Shown one piece after another: positions 10,677 through 20,053 of a DNA stretch of 64,000 bases. The notes under the pieces are model-generated. The model did no database searches. It was not told where the DNA came from and saw nothing but the letters and a program-made list of their open reading frames with translations. The stretch is from assembly GCA_018780365.1 (NCBI GenBank), contig JADMJR010000069.1, positions 9,502 through 73,501 of the forward strand. Reading direction: 5' to 3'. A program made the position numbers and the translations under genes. Each line of letters starts with the position of its first letter. Within the stretch, counting starts at the first letter, position 1. This stretch comes from Acidovorax sp. GTDB lineage: Bacteria; Pseudomonadota; Gammaproteobacteria; Burkholderiales; Burkholderiaceae_C.

Positions 10677-11522
10677 ATGAAACTCCACATCGTCCCCGCC
10701 CGCACCGGCCTGGCCTGGGTCAAGCTCGGCATCCGGGCGTTCTGGCGGCAGCCCATGGCGCTGGCTGCGCTGTTTTTCATGACCATGGCTTCCATGTCGC
10801 TGGCCACCATGGTGCCCCTGGTGGGCCCGGCCATCGCGCTGGCGCTGCTGCCATCGGCCACGCTGGCCATGATGGTGGCGTCTGCCGAGGCCACACAGGG
10901 GCGGTTTCCGATGCCCACGGTGCTGCTGGTGGCGTTTCGCACCGGCCGCCAGCGGCTACGCGACATGCTGGTGCTGGGCGCGCTGTATGCGATAGGTTTC
11001 CTGGGCGTGATGGGCCTGTCGGCCCTGATCGACGGCGGGCAGTTTGCCCAGGTCTACCTGGGCGGCGCCCCACTGACCAAGGAGGTGGCGGAAAACCCCG
11101 CCTTCCAAAGTGCCATGTGGTTGTCCATGCTGCTGTATTTGCCGCTGTCGCTGCTGTTCTGGCATGCCCCGGGGCTGGTGCACTGGCACGGCGTGCCGCC
11201 GGCCAAGGCGCTGTTCTTCAGCATCGTGGCCTGCGTGCGCAACTTTGGCGCTTTTGTGGTCTACGGGCTGGGCTGGCTGGGTGTTTTTCTGCTCGGCGGT
11301 CTGGTGGTGAGCGTGGTTTCGGCGCTGCTTGCGGTGGCCGGGCTTGCCGGTGCAGCGGCCGGTGGCATCATGGTGGGTGCGGCCATGATGATGGCGGCCA
11401 TGTTCTTCACGTCGGTGGTGTTCACCTTCCGTGACTGCTTCGATCCCCCATCCACGACCCCCGTGCACGAGGCGCCCCATGACGAGCCACCACCACCCCC
11501 ATCAACTCCTGGGCCGCTCTGA
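10677..11522 (+). CDS. BPSS1780-family integral membrane protein
   Basis: VPARTGLAWV..G.R.F.RQP start; multiple TM helices; WHAP.LVHW. Confidence 0.8.
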   Translation: MKLHIVPARTGLAWVKLGIRAFWRQPMALAALFFMTMASMSLATMVPLVGPAIALALLPSATLAMMVASAEATQGRFPMPTVLLVAFRTGRQRLRDMLVLGALYAIGFLGVMGLSALIDGGQFAQVYLGGAPLTKEVAENPAFQSAMWLSMLLYLPLSLLFWHAPGLVHWHGVPPAKALFFSIVACVRNFGAFVVYGLGWLGVFLLGGLVVSVVSALLAVAGLAGAAAGGIMVGAAMMMAAMFFTSVVFTFRDCFDPPSTTPVHEAPHDEPPPPPSTPGPL

Positions 11523-12333
11523 AGAAGAGCTGGCCTGGTTCCAGCGGCGCAGCCTCCTGCAGGCCGCCGCGCTCTGGGTCGCATCTGGCGGCTGGGCTGC
11601 AGCCCATGCACAGGCCCGCAGCAACATCGTGGAGCTGCGCGGTGATGTACTGCGCAATGGCGAGCCCCTGACGGCCCAGCACACCCTCACCGCCAACGAC
11701 CGCATCGAGACCGGCCCCGGCTCGACCGCCGTGTTCACCGTGGGCGACAGCGCCTTCATGGTGCGCCAGAACTCGCGCGTGGCGCTGGAGAGCGACACCC
11801 CCACCGCCGTCAAGGTGCTGCGCGTGCTGAGCGGCGCCGTGGCCAGCGTGTGGGGCAAGGGCGCCGACCGCCAGATCGTGCTGCCCACCGCCACGGCAGG
11901 GATCCGGGGTACCGGGGTCTATGCCGAAGTCTTCCCGGATCAGGGCCTGCGCGGCTACTTCTGCAACTGCTACGGCACGGTGGACCTGGCGGCAGGCAAC
12001 GAGAGCCTGGTGAGCCAATCGTCCTACCACCAGGCCTTCTGGGCCGAGACGGCGCCGCGCAACGGGCGCCTTCTGACCCCGGCCGGCGCCATCAACCACA
12101 CCGATGAAGAGCTGGAATTTCTGGCGGGCCTCGTGAACCAGCGCACGGCCTGGCAGATTGCGGGGCGCAAGGGTATCAAGGACGGACGCGGACAGATGGA
12201 CTATCCAGCAACGCCTGGCAGCGGCACCGAACCAGCACCCACACCGGCGGCACCTCCACCGCCCCCTGCGGCGCCAACGCCCGCACCGGTGTCACGCACA
12301 CGGCCACCGTCACCTTACGGCTCGGACTACTGA
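11479..12333 (+). CDS. FecR-domain protein with Tat-like signal and Pro-rich tail
   Basis: QRRSLLQ..AHA signal; ND.IETGPGS, PTATAGIRGT (FecR-like); YFCNCYG; HTDEEL. Confidence 0.75.
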   Translation: MTSHHHPHQLLGRSEEELAWFQRRSLLQAAALWVASGGWAAAHAQARSNIVELRGDVLRNGEPLTAQHTLTANDRIETGPGSTAVFTVGDSAFMVRQNSRVALESDTPTAVKVLRVLSGAVASVWGKGADRQIVLPTATAGIRGTGVYAEVFPDQGLRGYFCNCYGTVDLAAGNESLVSQSSYHQAFWAETAPRNGRLLTPAGAINHTDEELEFLAGLVNQRTAWQIAGRKGIKDGRGQMDYPATPGSGTEPAPTPAAPPPPPAAPTPAPVSRTRPPSPYGSDY

Positions 12334-12399
12334 ACGCCAGCCCGCCGCCGTGGGGCCTGCCAGCACAGCCACACACGGCCACACACCCTGCCCCCAAAG

Positions 12400-12424
12400 A
12401 AAAAGGCCGGCTCACTGGCCGGCC
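12400..12424 (-). terminator. Intrinsic terminator after phoX
   Basis: GGCCGG/CCGGCC hairpin next to an A-run (U-tract on minus strand). Confidence 0.55.
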
Positions 12425-12463
12425 CGCAAGGAGTGGAGGGGCGCAACCCCTCCCTCGGCATCC

Positions 12464-14680
12464 TCAGGTCCCGATGGTGCCGCCGTCGTTCTTGGTGATC
12501 ACGATCGTGGCCGAACGGGGGCGCTTGCCTGCGCCGTAACCCGCGTTGGAAGGCCACTGGCTCGTGTACTTGGTGGGGTCGCCCAGGTTGGCCAGCGCGG
12601 TGGTTTCACCCGGGTGCTGGATGTTCACAAAGATGGCCTTGCCATCGGGCGTTTCGGCCACACCGGTGATTTCGCTGCCGCTGGGGCCCACCAGGAAGCG
12701 CTTGAGCGTGCTCTCGGTCGCGGCCTTGCCCACGGGGGTCACGATGTCCATCTTGGAACCGTCGGCCTTGGTGTAGCTCAGCGTCTTCTTGCCGCCGTCA
12801 CCCACCTGGCCCGGCACGGCGGCCAGCATCATGCAGTTGGTCACGTCGGTGTAGGCGCCGTCATCGGTCTGGATCCAGCAGATGCCGGTGGCCTTGCTGA
12901 AGGCCAGGCCGTCGGGGCTGGAGAAGTCCTGGTCGGCTGTGAGCGACGAGATGTTGACCATCGCCTTGTCCGCACCGGCTTCGGCACCGAACAGGTACAC
13001 GTCCCACGTGAAAGCCAACACGGATGCGCCTTCCTTCAGGCGCACCATGTGGCCGTTGGGGTTGCCATCTTGCTTGGTCGTGCCCTTCATGTCGGTGTAG
13101 GCACGGGGGTTGGCCGCGTCGGGCAGGTACTGGCTGCCGGTGGGGTTCACGCTGCGGTTGCTGTTGTTGGTCAGCGTGAAGTAGACCTCGCCGTTGGCGG
13201 GGTTCACCGCGTTCCACTCGGGGCGGTCCATCTTGGTGGCGCCCACAGCGTCCGCCGCCAGGCGGGTGTTGATGGCGATGTCGGCCTCGTCGGCAAACTT
13301 GTAGGCGGCATAACCGCTGATGGCGGTGTTGGCCAGCGACAGCTCGATCCAGCTGCCCGTGCCGTCGGCGTTGAACTTGGCGACATAGAGCTTGCCGCTG
13401 TCCAGGTACTTGTCGCCCATGGCCAGGCGGTCGGCGGCGTTGGCGTCAGCCGCGTTCCACAGCGCGGTGGAGACAAACTTGTAGATGTATTCGCCGCGCG
13501 AGTCGTCGCCCATGTACACGCTCAGGGGCTTGCCCGCTTCGACCTTGCCAAACGCAGCGCTTTCGTGCGCGAAGCGGCCCAGGCCCGTGCGCTTCTTGGC
13601 CATGCGGGTCTTGTCGTAGGCGTCGATTTCGACGATGTAGCCCATGCCGTTCATCTCGTTGCGGTAGTCATCGCTGCCGTCGGCCGAGGTGCCTGTCTTG
13701 CTGTTGTTCCAGCGCTGGTACTGGTCGGCAGTGCCTCCGCTTTCCCAGCCGTGGCGCGATGCAGCGCCCTGGGCACGGCCATAGCGCTTGAGGGCCGTCA
13801 CGCTCTTGTCGCTGCTGCGCGCTGCATCGTCGGCAGCGCCGCGGGTGAAGTAGCCAAACCAGTTTTCCTCGCCGGTCAGGAAGCTGCCCCAGGGCGTCTT
13901 GCCCGTGCCGCAGTTGTTCAGCGTGCCACGCGTGGTGGTGCCGGTGGGCGAATACTTGGTGACCAGCTGCGCATTGCCGCGCGCGGGGCCCGAGATCTCG
14001 ATGGGGCTGAGCGACGTGAGGCGGAAGTTCAGCGCCGAGTTCTGAGCGTAGGCCCACTTGCCCGCCGTCTTGGCCACTTCGATCACGGCGATGCCGTGGG
14101 CCGCCGTTTCCTTGTCGATTTCCGCAGCGGGGCGGGGCAAGGTGGTGGTGCCGCCATTGGCATGCAGGAAGTGCGAGGCCAGCTTCTCGTCGGTGGTGGC
14201 TTCGTGGTTGATAGCCAGCAGGCCACGCTCGGTGGCATTGTCGTTGCGCTTGCCATCGGCGCCCAGGCCAAACCACTCCATGCCGTCGTGGTGGTCACCG
14301 GCACGCTTGTCAAAGTCGCCATCGGTGCCGTCGTTCTTGTAAGCCGCCAGCCCGGCGGCCATGGGGTCGCCCAGCGCGAACAGCACGCTGGCGGTATAGC
14401 CCGCAGGCACAGCCACCACGTCGGCCAGGCTCTTGGGCACGGCGCCAAAACCCAGCAGCTTGGGGCCCGCAGGCACGGCATCATCGCTGCCACCACCGCA
14501 GGCGCTCACGCCAAAACCAGCCAGCACGGCCGTGCCCACGGTACCCACGCTGCCACGCAGCAGGCCACGGCGCGACAGGCGAGCCCCCAGCACGGCATCG
14601 AACGTGGGGTTGGCGGAGGTGTTGGCGTTCTCGTTGTTGAAATCAATGGCCTGCTCGGGCGCATCCACACGGTGGGTCAT
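12464..14680 (-). CDS. phoX: PhoX-family alkaline phosphatase, Tat-exported lipoprotein
   Basis: LSRRGLL Tat motif and VSAC lipobox; HHDGM, NHE, GTLNNC..GKTPWG..LTGEEN, GRFAHE, MDRPEW, SPDGL, IQTD, VNIQHPGE. Confidence 0.95.
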   Translation of the reverse strand: MTHRVDAPEQAIDFNNENANTSANPTFDAVLGARLSRRGLLRGSVGTVGTAVLAGFGVSACGGGSDDAVPAGPKLLGFGAVPKSLADVVAVPAGYTASVLFALGDPMAAGLAAYKNDGTDGDFDKRAGDHHDGMEWFGLGADGKRNDNATERGLLAINHEATTDEKLASHFLHANGGTTTLPRPAAEIDKETAAHGIAVIEVAKTAGKWAYAQNSALNFRLTSLSPIEISGPARGNAQLVTKYSPTGTTTRGTLNNCGTGKTPWGSFLTGEENWFGYFTRGAADDAARSSDKSVTALKRYGRAQGAASRHGWESGGTADQYQRWNNSKTGTSADGSDDYRNEMNGMGYIVEIDAYDKTRMAKKRTGLGRFAHESAAFGKVEAGKPLSVYMGDDSRGEYIYKFVSTALWNAADANAADRLAMGDKYLDSGKLYVAKFNADGTGSWIELSLANTAISGYAAYKFADEADIAINTRLAADAVGATKMDRPEWNAVNPANGEVYFTLTNNSNRSVNPTGSQYLPDAANPRAYTDMKGTTKQDGNPNGHMVRLKEGASVLAFTWDVYLFGAEAGADKAMVNISSLTADQDFSSPDGLAFSKATGICWIQTDDGAYTDVTNCMMLAAVPGQVGDGGKKTLSYTKADGSKMDIVTPVGKAATESTLKRFLVGPSGSEITGVAETPDGKAIFVNIQHPGETTALANLGDPTKYTSQWPSNAGYGAGKRPRSATIVITKNDGGTIGT

Positions 14681-14717
14681 GGGTTTCCTCGGGGGTTGTT
14701 GGTTACAAAGCCTGTGG

Positions 14718-14773
14718 AGCGTAGAAACCTCGGGTGACACCACCGTGAAGCTTTTGCGTCGGTTTCGTGACAT
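14718..14773 (-). promoter_or_regulatory. Pho boxes (4 half-sites) and -10 element of phoX
   Basis: Minus strand TGTCAC/CGACGC/CTTCAC/TGTCAC at exact 11-bp period (14767, 14756, 14745, 14734), then 10 nt, then TACGCT (14723-14718). Confidence 0.75.
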
Positions 14774-14804
14774 CCGATTCCAGGCACTCCCCAGGGGATT
14801 GAAT

Positions 14805-14832
14805 AAATACGAATAACTATCATTTGTATAAT
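14805..14832 (+). promoter_or_regulatory. Fur box-like site and -10 (TATAAT) of the imelysin operon
   Basis: AAATACGAATAACTATCATTT resembles the AT-rich Fur palindrome; TATAAT at 14827-14832. Confidence 0.7.
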
Positions 14833-14993
14833 TTCAATCGCCCCAGCCCACCCAGCCAAGCCCCGCGCCCGATCGCCACCTGATCGGGCCACCCAGCCAG
14901 TGCGGCCCCACCGTTCTCACCATCCCCCCGCGATGCCACACCCGGCCATGGGCCGCCCGTTCGGCAGCCTGCGGACCCCCTGGAGACCACTGC

Positions 14994-16202
14994 ATGACAT
15001 TCCCCTCCCTGAAGACCTCCCTTCTGGTGGCAGCCCTTTCCGTCAGCGCCTACAGCACCGGCGTGGGCGCACAGACCGCCCCCGCAGTGCCTTCGCAGGC
15101 CCAGGCGCCGCAAGCCGTGACGAACCAGGCCGTGGCCGCGCACTACGCGCAGCTGGTGCACGCCAACTACGCAGACACGCTCGCCAGCGCACAGGCGCTG
15201 CGCGAGGCCGTGGCAGCCTTCACGGCCAAGCCATCGGCCGAAACCCTGGCCGACGCCCGCAAGAAGTGGCTGGCCGCACGCGAGTTCTATGGCCAGACCG
15301 AGGCCTTCCGCTTTTACGGAGGCCCCATCGACAACGACAACGGCCCCGAAGGCCGCATCAACGCCTGGCCCATGGACGAATCCTTTGTGGACAGCGTGCA
15401 GGGCAAAGCCAATGCAGGCCTCGTGAACAACCGCAAGTTCGCCATCACCAAGAAGAACCTCGCGGCCCAGAACGAGCGCGGCGGCGAGGAAAACATCGCC
15501 ACCGGCTGGCACGCCATCGAGTTCTTCCTGTGGGGCCAGGATCTGTCGGACACAGGCCCAGGCAATCGCAGCTTTGAAGACTTCGTGGACGGCAAGGCAC
15601 CCAACGCCGACCGCCGCCGCCAGTACCTGAACGTGGTGACCGACCTGCTCATCGACGACCTCACATCCTTGGTGAAGGCCTGGGCGCCCGATGCCAAGAA
15701 CAACTACCGCGCCAGGTTCGTGCGCGGCGGCACCGAGTCGATCCGCAAAATGCTCGTGGGCCTGGGCTCGCTCTCGCGCGGCGAGCTGGCGGGCGAACGC
15801 CTGGAGGTGGCCCTCAACAGCCAGGACCAGGAGGACGAACACTCGTGCTTCTCCGACAACACCCACCGCGATGCGGTGACCAACGCCCAGGGCATCCAGA
15901 ACGTGTGGATGGGCGAGTACAAACGTGCCGACGGAAGCGTGATCAAGGGCGCATCGCTGCGCGACCTTGTGGCCGCCAAGGACGTGGCGCTGGCCGACAA
16001 GACCACCAAGCAGATCGCCGCCTCGGTGGCTGCCGCCGAAGGCATCCAGGCCCCGTTCGACCGCGAGATCATCGGTGGCAAGGACGCGCCGGGCCGCCAG
16101 CGCATCCAAAAAACCATCGACAGCCTCACGCAGCAAAGCAAGGACCTGGTGGCCGCAGCCAACGCGATTGGTATCACCAAACTCACGCTGGTGCAGCCCT
16201 GA
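14994..16202 (+). CDS. Imelysin / iron-regulated protein A (IrpA/IcmP-like, M75 family)
   Basis: Signal peptide; YGQTEAFRFY, INAWP.DE, TGWHAIEF.LWGQD (GxHxxE), EDEHSCFSDNT. Confidence 0.92.
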   Translation: MTFPSLKTSLLVAALSVSAYSTGVGAQTAPAVPSQAQAPQAVTNQAVAAHYAQLVHANYADTLASAQALREAVAAFTAKPSAETLADARKKWLAAREFYGQTEAFRFYGGPIDNDNGPEGRINAWPMDESFVDSVQGKANAGLVNNRKFAITKKNLAAQNERGGEENIATGWHAIEFFLWGQDLSDTGPGNRSFEDFVDGKAPNADRRRQYLNVVTDLLIDDLTSLVKAWAPDAKNNYRARFVRGGTESIRKMLVGLGSLSRGELAGERLEVALNSQDQEDEHSCFSDNTHRDAVTNAQGIQNVWMGEYKRADGSVIKGASLRDLVAAKDVALADKTTKQIAASVAAAEGIQAPFDREIIGGKDAPGRQRIQKTIDSLTQQSKDLVAAANAIGITKLTLVQP

Positions 16203-16204
16203 AC

Positions 16205-17686
16205 ATGCAGTTTTCGCCAGCCATTCGGCGCCAGCGCACCCTGCGCCTGGCGGCAGCCAGCATCGGCATCATCGCCATGGGGAGCCTCGGCTTCGGTGCC
16301 TTGACGGCGGCACCCCAGCCCGACCCGCTGGGCGAAAAAAACGGCGGCGAGACCACCGTGTTCGCCACCGGACGCAATGCCTTCTCGTTCCCGGCCGCCA
16401 ACCTCAGCGATGAGGAGCGCACACGCTTCGTCATCGGCAACTCGTTCTTTCGCCGCAACTGGGTGGAGGCGCCCGCCTCCACCAAGGCCCGCGACGGCCT
16501 GGGCCCGCACTTCATCGCGCGCTCGTGCGGTGGCTGCCATGTGCAAGACGGGCGCGGCGAGCCGCCAGCCATCTTCAACCGCCTGGGCGAGACCAAAGAC
16601 CCGACTGTGGCCCTGCTGATGCGCCTGTCCATCCCCGGCACCGACGCGCACGGCGGACCCAGGCACGACCCGGTGTACGGCGATCAGTTCAACAACGCGG
16701 CCATCCAGGGCGTCAAGCCCGAAGGCCGCGTGACCCTGCGCTACGACACCATCAAAGGCCAATTTGCCGACGGCACGCCCTACACGCTGCAAAAGCCCAC
16801 GTACGGCTTTGCCGACCTGGGCTACGGCCCCCTGCACAAGGATCTGATGATCAGCCCGCGCATCGCGCCGCAGATCATTGGCGTGGGCCTGCTCGAAGCC
16901 ATCGCCGAGGCCGACATCCTGGCCCACGCGGCCGACCAGGCCGCCGCCCCCGGCCCCATCAAGGGCGTGCCCAACCAGGTGTGGGATGCGCCATCAGGCC
17001 GCATGATGGTCGGGCGCTTTGGCTGGAAGGCCAACGTGGCCACCATTGCGCACCAGACGGGCGGCGCCTTCCTGGGCGACATGGGCATCACCTCGCGCCA
17101 CTTTGCGCAAGAGGCCTGCACGCCCGCGCAGAAGGACTGCCTGGCCGCACCCAGCGGCCAGAGTGGCAGCGAGCAGGGCCAGCCCGGCGTCGAGATCGAC
17201 GACAAGACCCTGGCCGACGTGATCTTCTACCAGGCCACGCTGGCGCCGCCCGCGCGCCGCAACATCAACGACGCACAGGTGCTGCGCGGCCAGGCGCTGT
17301 TCAGCCAGGCCCAGTGCGCCACCTGCCACCGCCCGAGCTATGTCACCAAGGAAGGGGCCTTTCCCCAGCTGACGAGCAAGGCGCTGAGCGGGCAGCGCAT
17401 CGCGCCCTACACCGACCTGCTGCTGCACGACATGGGCGAGCGCCTGGCCGATGGCCGGCCTGACTTTGGCGCCAACGGCCGCCAGTGGAAGACCCCGCCG
17501 CTGTGGGGCACGGGCCTGATCAAGGACGTGAACGGCCACACCCGCCTGCTGCACGACGGCCGCGCGCGCGGCGTGCTTGAAGCCGTGCTCTGGCATGGCG
17601 GCGAGGCCGAAGAGGCCAAGGACCAAGTGCTCAAGATGAAGAAGGCCGACCGGGATGCGCTGGTGAAATTCGTGGAGTCGCTGTGA
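16205..17686 (+). CDS. Di-haem oxidoreductase (DHOR/DUF1111), c-type cytochrome
   Basis: Two CxxCH motifs (CGGCH, CATCH); DGLGP, GRFGWKA, PYTDLLLHDMG, LLHDGRAR. Confidence 0.92.
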   Translation: MQFSPAIRRQRTLRLAAASIGIIAMGSLGFGALTAAPQPDPLGEKNGGETTVFATGRNAFSFPAANLSDEERTRFVIGNSFFRRNWVEAPASTKARDGLGPHFIARSCGGCHVQDGRGEPPAIFNRLGETKDPTVALLMRLSIPGTDAHGGPRHDPVYGDQFNNAAIQGVKPEGRVTLRYDTIKGQFADGTPYTLQKPTYGFADLGYGPLHKDLMISPRIAPQIIGVGLLEAIAEADILAHAADQAAAPGPIKGVPNQVWDAPSGRMMVGRFGWKANVATIAHQTGGAFLGDMGITSRHFAQEACTPAQKDCLAAPSGQSGSEQGQPGVEIDDKTLADVIFYQATLAPPARRNINDAQVLRGQALFSQAQCATCHRPSYVTKEGAFPQLTSKALSGQRIAPYTDLLLHDMGERLADGRPDFGANGRQWKTPPLWGTGLIKDVNGHTRLLHDGRARGVLEAVLWHGGEAEEAKDQVLKMKKADRDALVKFVESL

Positions 17687-18810
17687 AGACCCGTCAACAA
17701 CGCCTGCTGCGAACCAGCACCCTCTGGCTGGCCGCCCTGCTCCCCCTGGCGGTGCAGTCGCAGGTGCCCGCCACCGCCCCCACCACATCCACTTGGCAGC
17801 GCAATGCCGTGCCCTTCTACGACACGGTGCACGCCCTGCAAGGCATCTACGGGCACTGGGCCCTGCCCCAGGCACAGGACTTCGACCGCAGCGCACGCGC
17901 CCTGGTGCCCGCCGTGGCGGCGCTGTGCCAGGCCCCGGCGACAGACGGCAAGGCGGCGCTCGAATCTGCACGCACCGCCTGGCAGGCCACGGCCCGCGCG
18001 TGGGAGCAATTAGCTGCCGTGTCCGTGGGCCCCATCATCGCCCGCCGCAGCCAACGCGCCATTGACTTCACGCCCACGCGCCCTGCCCTGATCGAGAAAG
18101 CCATCGCCGCCCAGCCCCAAGGCGCCAAGGCCTTCGAGCGCATCGGCACCCCCGCCAAGGGCCTGCCCGCGCTCGAATGGCTGCTGTGGGCACGCCCGGC
18201 CCAACCCGGCAGCCCCGCCTGCAACTACGCCCACGAAGTGGCCCAGGACGTGGCGCGTGAATCGGCGGCGCTCACCAAAGCCTTTGCCGAGGCCGCTGCG
18301 ACCGACTGGGGCGCCGAGGACGAACAGGAAGGCTCCACCCAGGCCATCAGCGAATTCGTGAACCAGTGGGTGGGCGGCATCGAACGCCTGCGCTGGGCGC
18401 AGATGGACAAGCCGCTGCGCGCCGCCGGACCGGGATCTGGCGCGCGCACGCCGGACTACCCCCGCACCGCCAGCGGCACCACGCTGGCCGCCTGGGCCGT
18501 GACGTGGGGTGGCCTGCGCAGCCTGACCGCCCTGCCCGCCAGCGCCGACACCCCCGCCGCTGGCGAAGCCCTGGTGCCGCTGGAGATGTACCTGCGCGGC
18601 AAGGGCCTGAACCCGCTGGCCGACAAGCTGCGCCAGGCCACCGACAAGGTCGATGCCTCGATGGCTCAGGTACAAAAAAACGGCTTGCAGAGCAAGGCGG
18701 CCATCCAGCAAGCCGCGCGCGACCTGGCCGCACTCAAGTTCCTGGCCGAATCCGAAGTGGCGCCCGCGCTGCAGGTAAGCATTGGCTTTTCGGACGCCGA
18801 TGGCGACTGA
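17683..18810 (+). CDS. Second imelysin-like protein
   Basis: GTG overlaps the upstream stop; signal peptide; KGLPALEWLL; C-terminal GFSDADGD. Confidence 0.85.
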   Translation: MKTRQQRLLRTSTLWLAALLPLAVQSQVPATAPTTSTWQRNAVPFYDTVHALQGIYGHWALPQAQDFDRSARALVPAVAALCQAPATDGKAALESARTAWQATARAWEQLAAVSVGPIIARRSQRAIDFTPTRPALIEKAIAAQPQGAKAFERIGTPAKGLPALEWLLWARPAQPGSPACNYAHEVAQDVARESAALTKAFAEAAATDWGAEDEQEGSTQAISEFVNQWVGGIERLRWAQMDKPLRAAGPGSGARTPDYPRTASGTTLAAWAVTWGGLRSLTALPASADTPAAGEALVPLEMYLRGKGLNPLADKLRQATDKVDASMAQVQKNGLQSKAAIQQAARDLAALKFLAESEVAPALQVSIGFSDADGD

Positions 18811-19942
18811 CCTGCACCGCCGCCACGCGCTGGCCGCTCTCGCGGGCCTGGGTGCCTGCGTGATCGCCCCCGGCGCGGCCTTCGCCACCACCGGTGACCG
18901 CGTGCACCTGGCCGCCGCGTGGGAACGCCAGGGCAGTTTCCACATCGGTGTGCTGTCCACGCACGAAGGCGCCGGGCAGGCGCTGCAGATCCACGCGGCG
19001 CTGGAAGTGCCCACGCGCGCCCACGGCCTGTGTGTGTTGTCCGACGGGTCGGTGCTGGCCACTGCACGCCGCCCCGGCGACTGGCTGGTGCGCTGGCGGC
19101 CCGGCGCAGGCGGCGAGCCCCAGTGGCTGTGGCAGGACGGCGAGCGCTCCTTCAACGGCCATGTGCTGGCCAGCGCCGACGGTCAGCGGCTGTACACCAC
19201 CGAGACCGATGCCGAGACCGGTGCGAGCTGGGTCGTGGTGCGCGACGCCCGCACGCTCACGACCACCGCCGTTTGGCCCACCCACGGCATCGACGCGCAC
19301 GAGCTGATCTGGGACACCCAGAGACGCAATGGCGGCGCCCCCACCCTCATCGTCGCCAACGGCGGCGTGCCCACCGCGCCCGAAACCGGCCGCGTCAAGC
19401 GCGACCTGGGCCGCATGGACCCATCGCTCGTGCGGCTCGATGCCCGCATGGGCCACCTGCTCGGCCAATGGCGCCTGCAGGACCCGCGCCTGAGCCTGCG
19501 CCACCTGGCCTGGAGCCCCGATGGCGCCCTGCTCGGCATCGCGCTGCAGGCCGAACACGACGATGCCGCAGCCAAGAATGCCGCGCCCGTGCTGGCCCTG
19601 TTTGACGGCAGCGCGCTGCGCGTGGTGGCAGCGCCGGAGCACATCGCCCAGAGCCTGCGCGGCTACGGCGGCAGCATGGCCGCCACCCCCACCGGCTGGG
19701 CCGTGAGCTGCCCGCGCGCCCACGGCATCGCCACGTTTTCCTTGCGGGGCGAGTGGCAGGGCCTGGTGCCGCTACCCGAGGTGTGCCCGCTGGCGGTGCG
19801 CGGCGGCGCGCTGTGGGCGGGGGGCCTCACGGCCAGCCTGCAGGATGCGCAGGCAAGCCGTCCACTGCGGCACCCCCACGGTCAGCGCTTGCAGGGAGCG
19901 CGGCTGGACAACCACTGGGTGCTGGCGACACAAAAATTTTAA
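18800..19942 (+). CDS. DUF1513 Tat-exported beta-propeller protein
   Basis: HRRHAL signal; RAHG, ARRPG, FNGH, LYTTE, GIDAHE, VANGG, SLRHLA, LDNHW. Confidence 0.9.
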   Translation: MATDLHRRHALAALAGLGACVIAPGAAFATTGDRVHLAAAWERQGSFHIGVLSTHEGAGQALQIHAALEVPTRAHGLCVLSDGSVLATARRPGDWLVRWRPGAGGEPQWLWQDGERSFNGHVLASADGQRLYTTETDAETGASWVVVRDARTLTTTAVWPTHGIDAHELIWDTQRRNGGAPTLIVANGGVPTAPETGRVKRDLGRMDPSLVRLDARMGHLLGQWRLQDPRLSLRHLAWSPDGALLGIALQAEHDDAAAKNAAPVLALFDGSALRVVAAPEHIAQSLRGYGGSMAATPTGWAVSCPRAHGIATFSLRGEWQGLVPLPEVCPLAVRGGALWAGGLTASLQDAQASRPLRHPHGQRLQGARLDNHWVLATQKF

Positions 19943-20000
19943 GCAAAATAGGCCCTGGCGCCTGATACGACTGCTCTAGCAGCTATCTAAAATATAGCAA
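19937..20000 (+). repeat. ~65-bp repeat copy (supplies the DUF1513 stop codon)
   Basis: TTTTAAGCAAAATAGGCCCTGGCGCC...CTAGCAGCTAT-N7-ATAGCAA. Confidence 0.8.
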
Positions 20001-20053
20001 AACATCCCTGCAGAATGCACCGAAAGGCCCGGTGCATCCTGCCAAGGCAGAGC

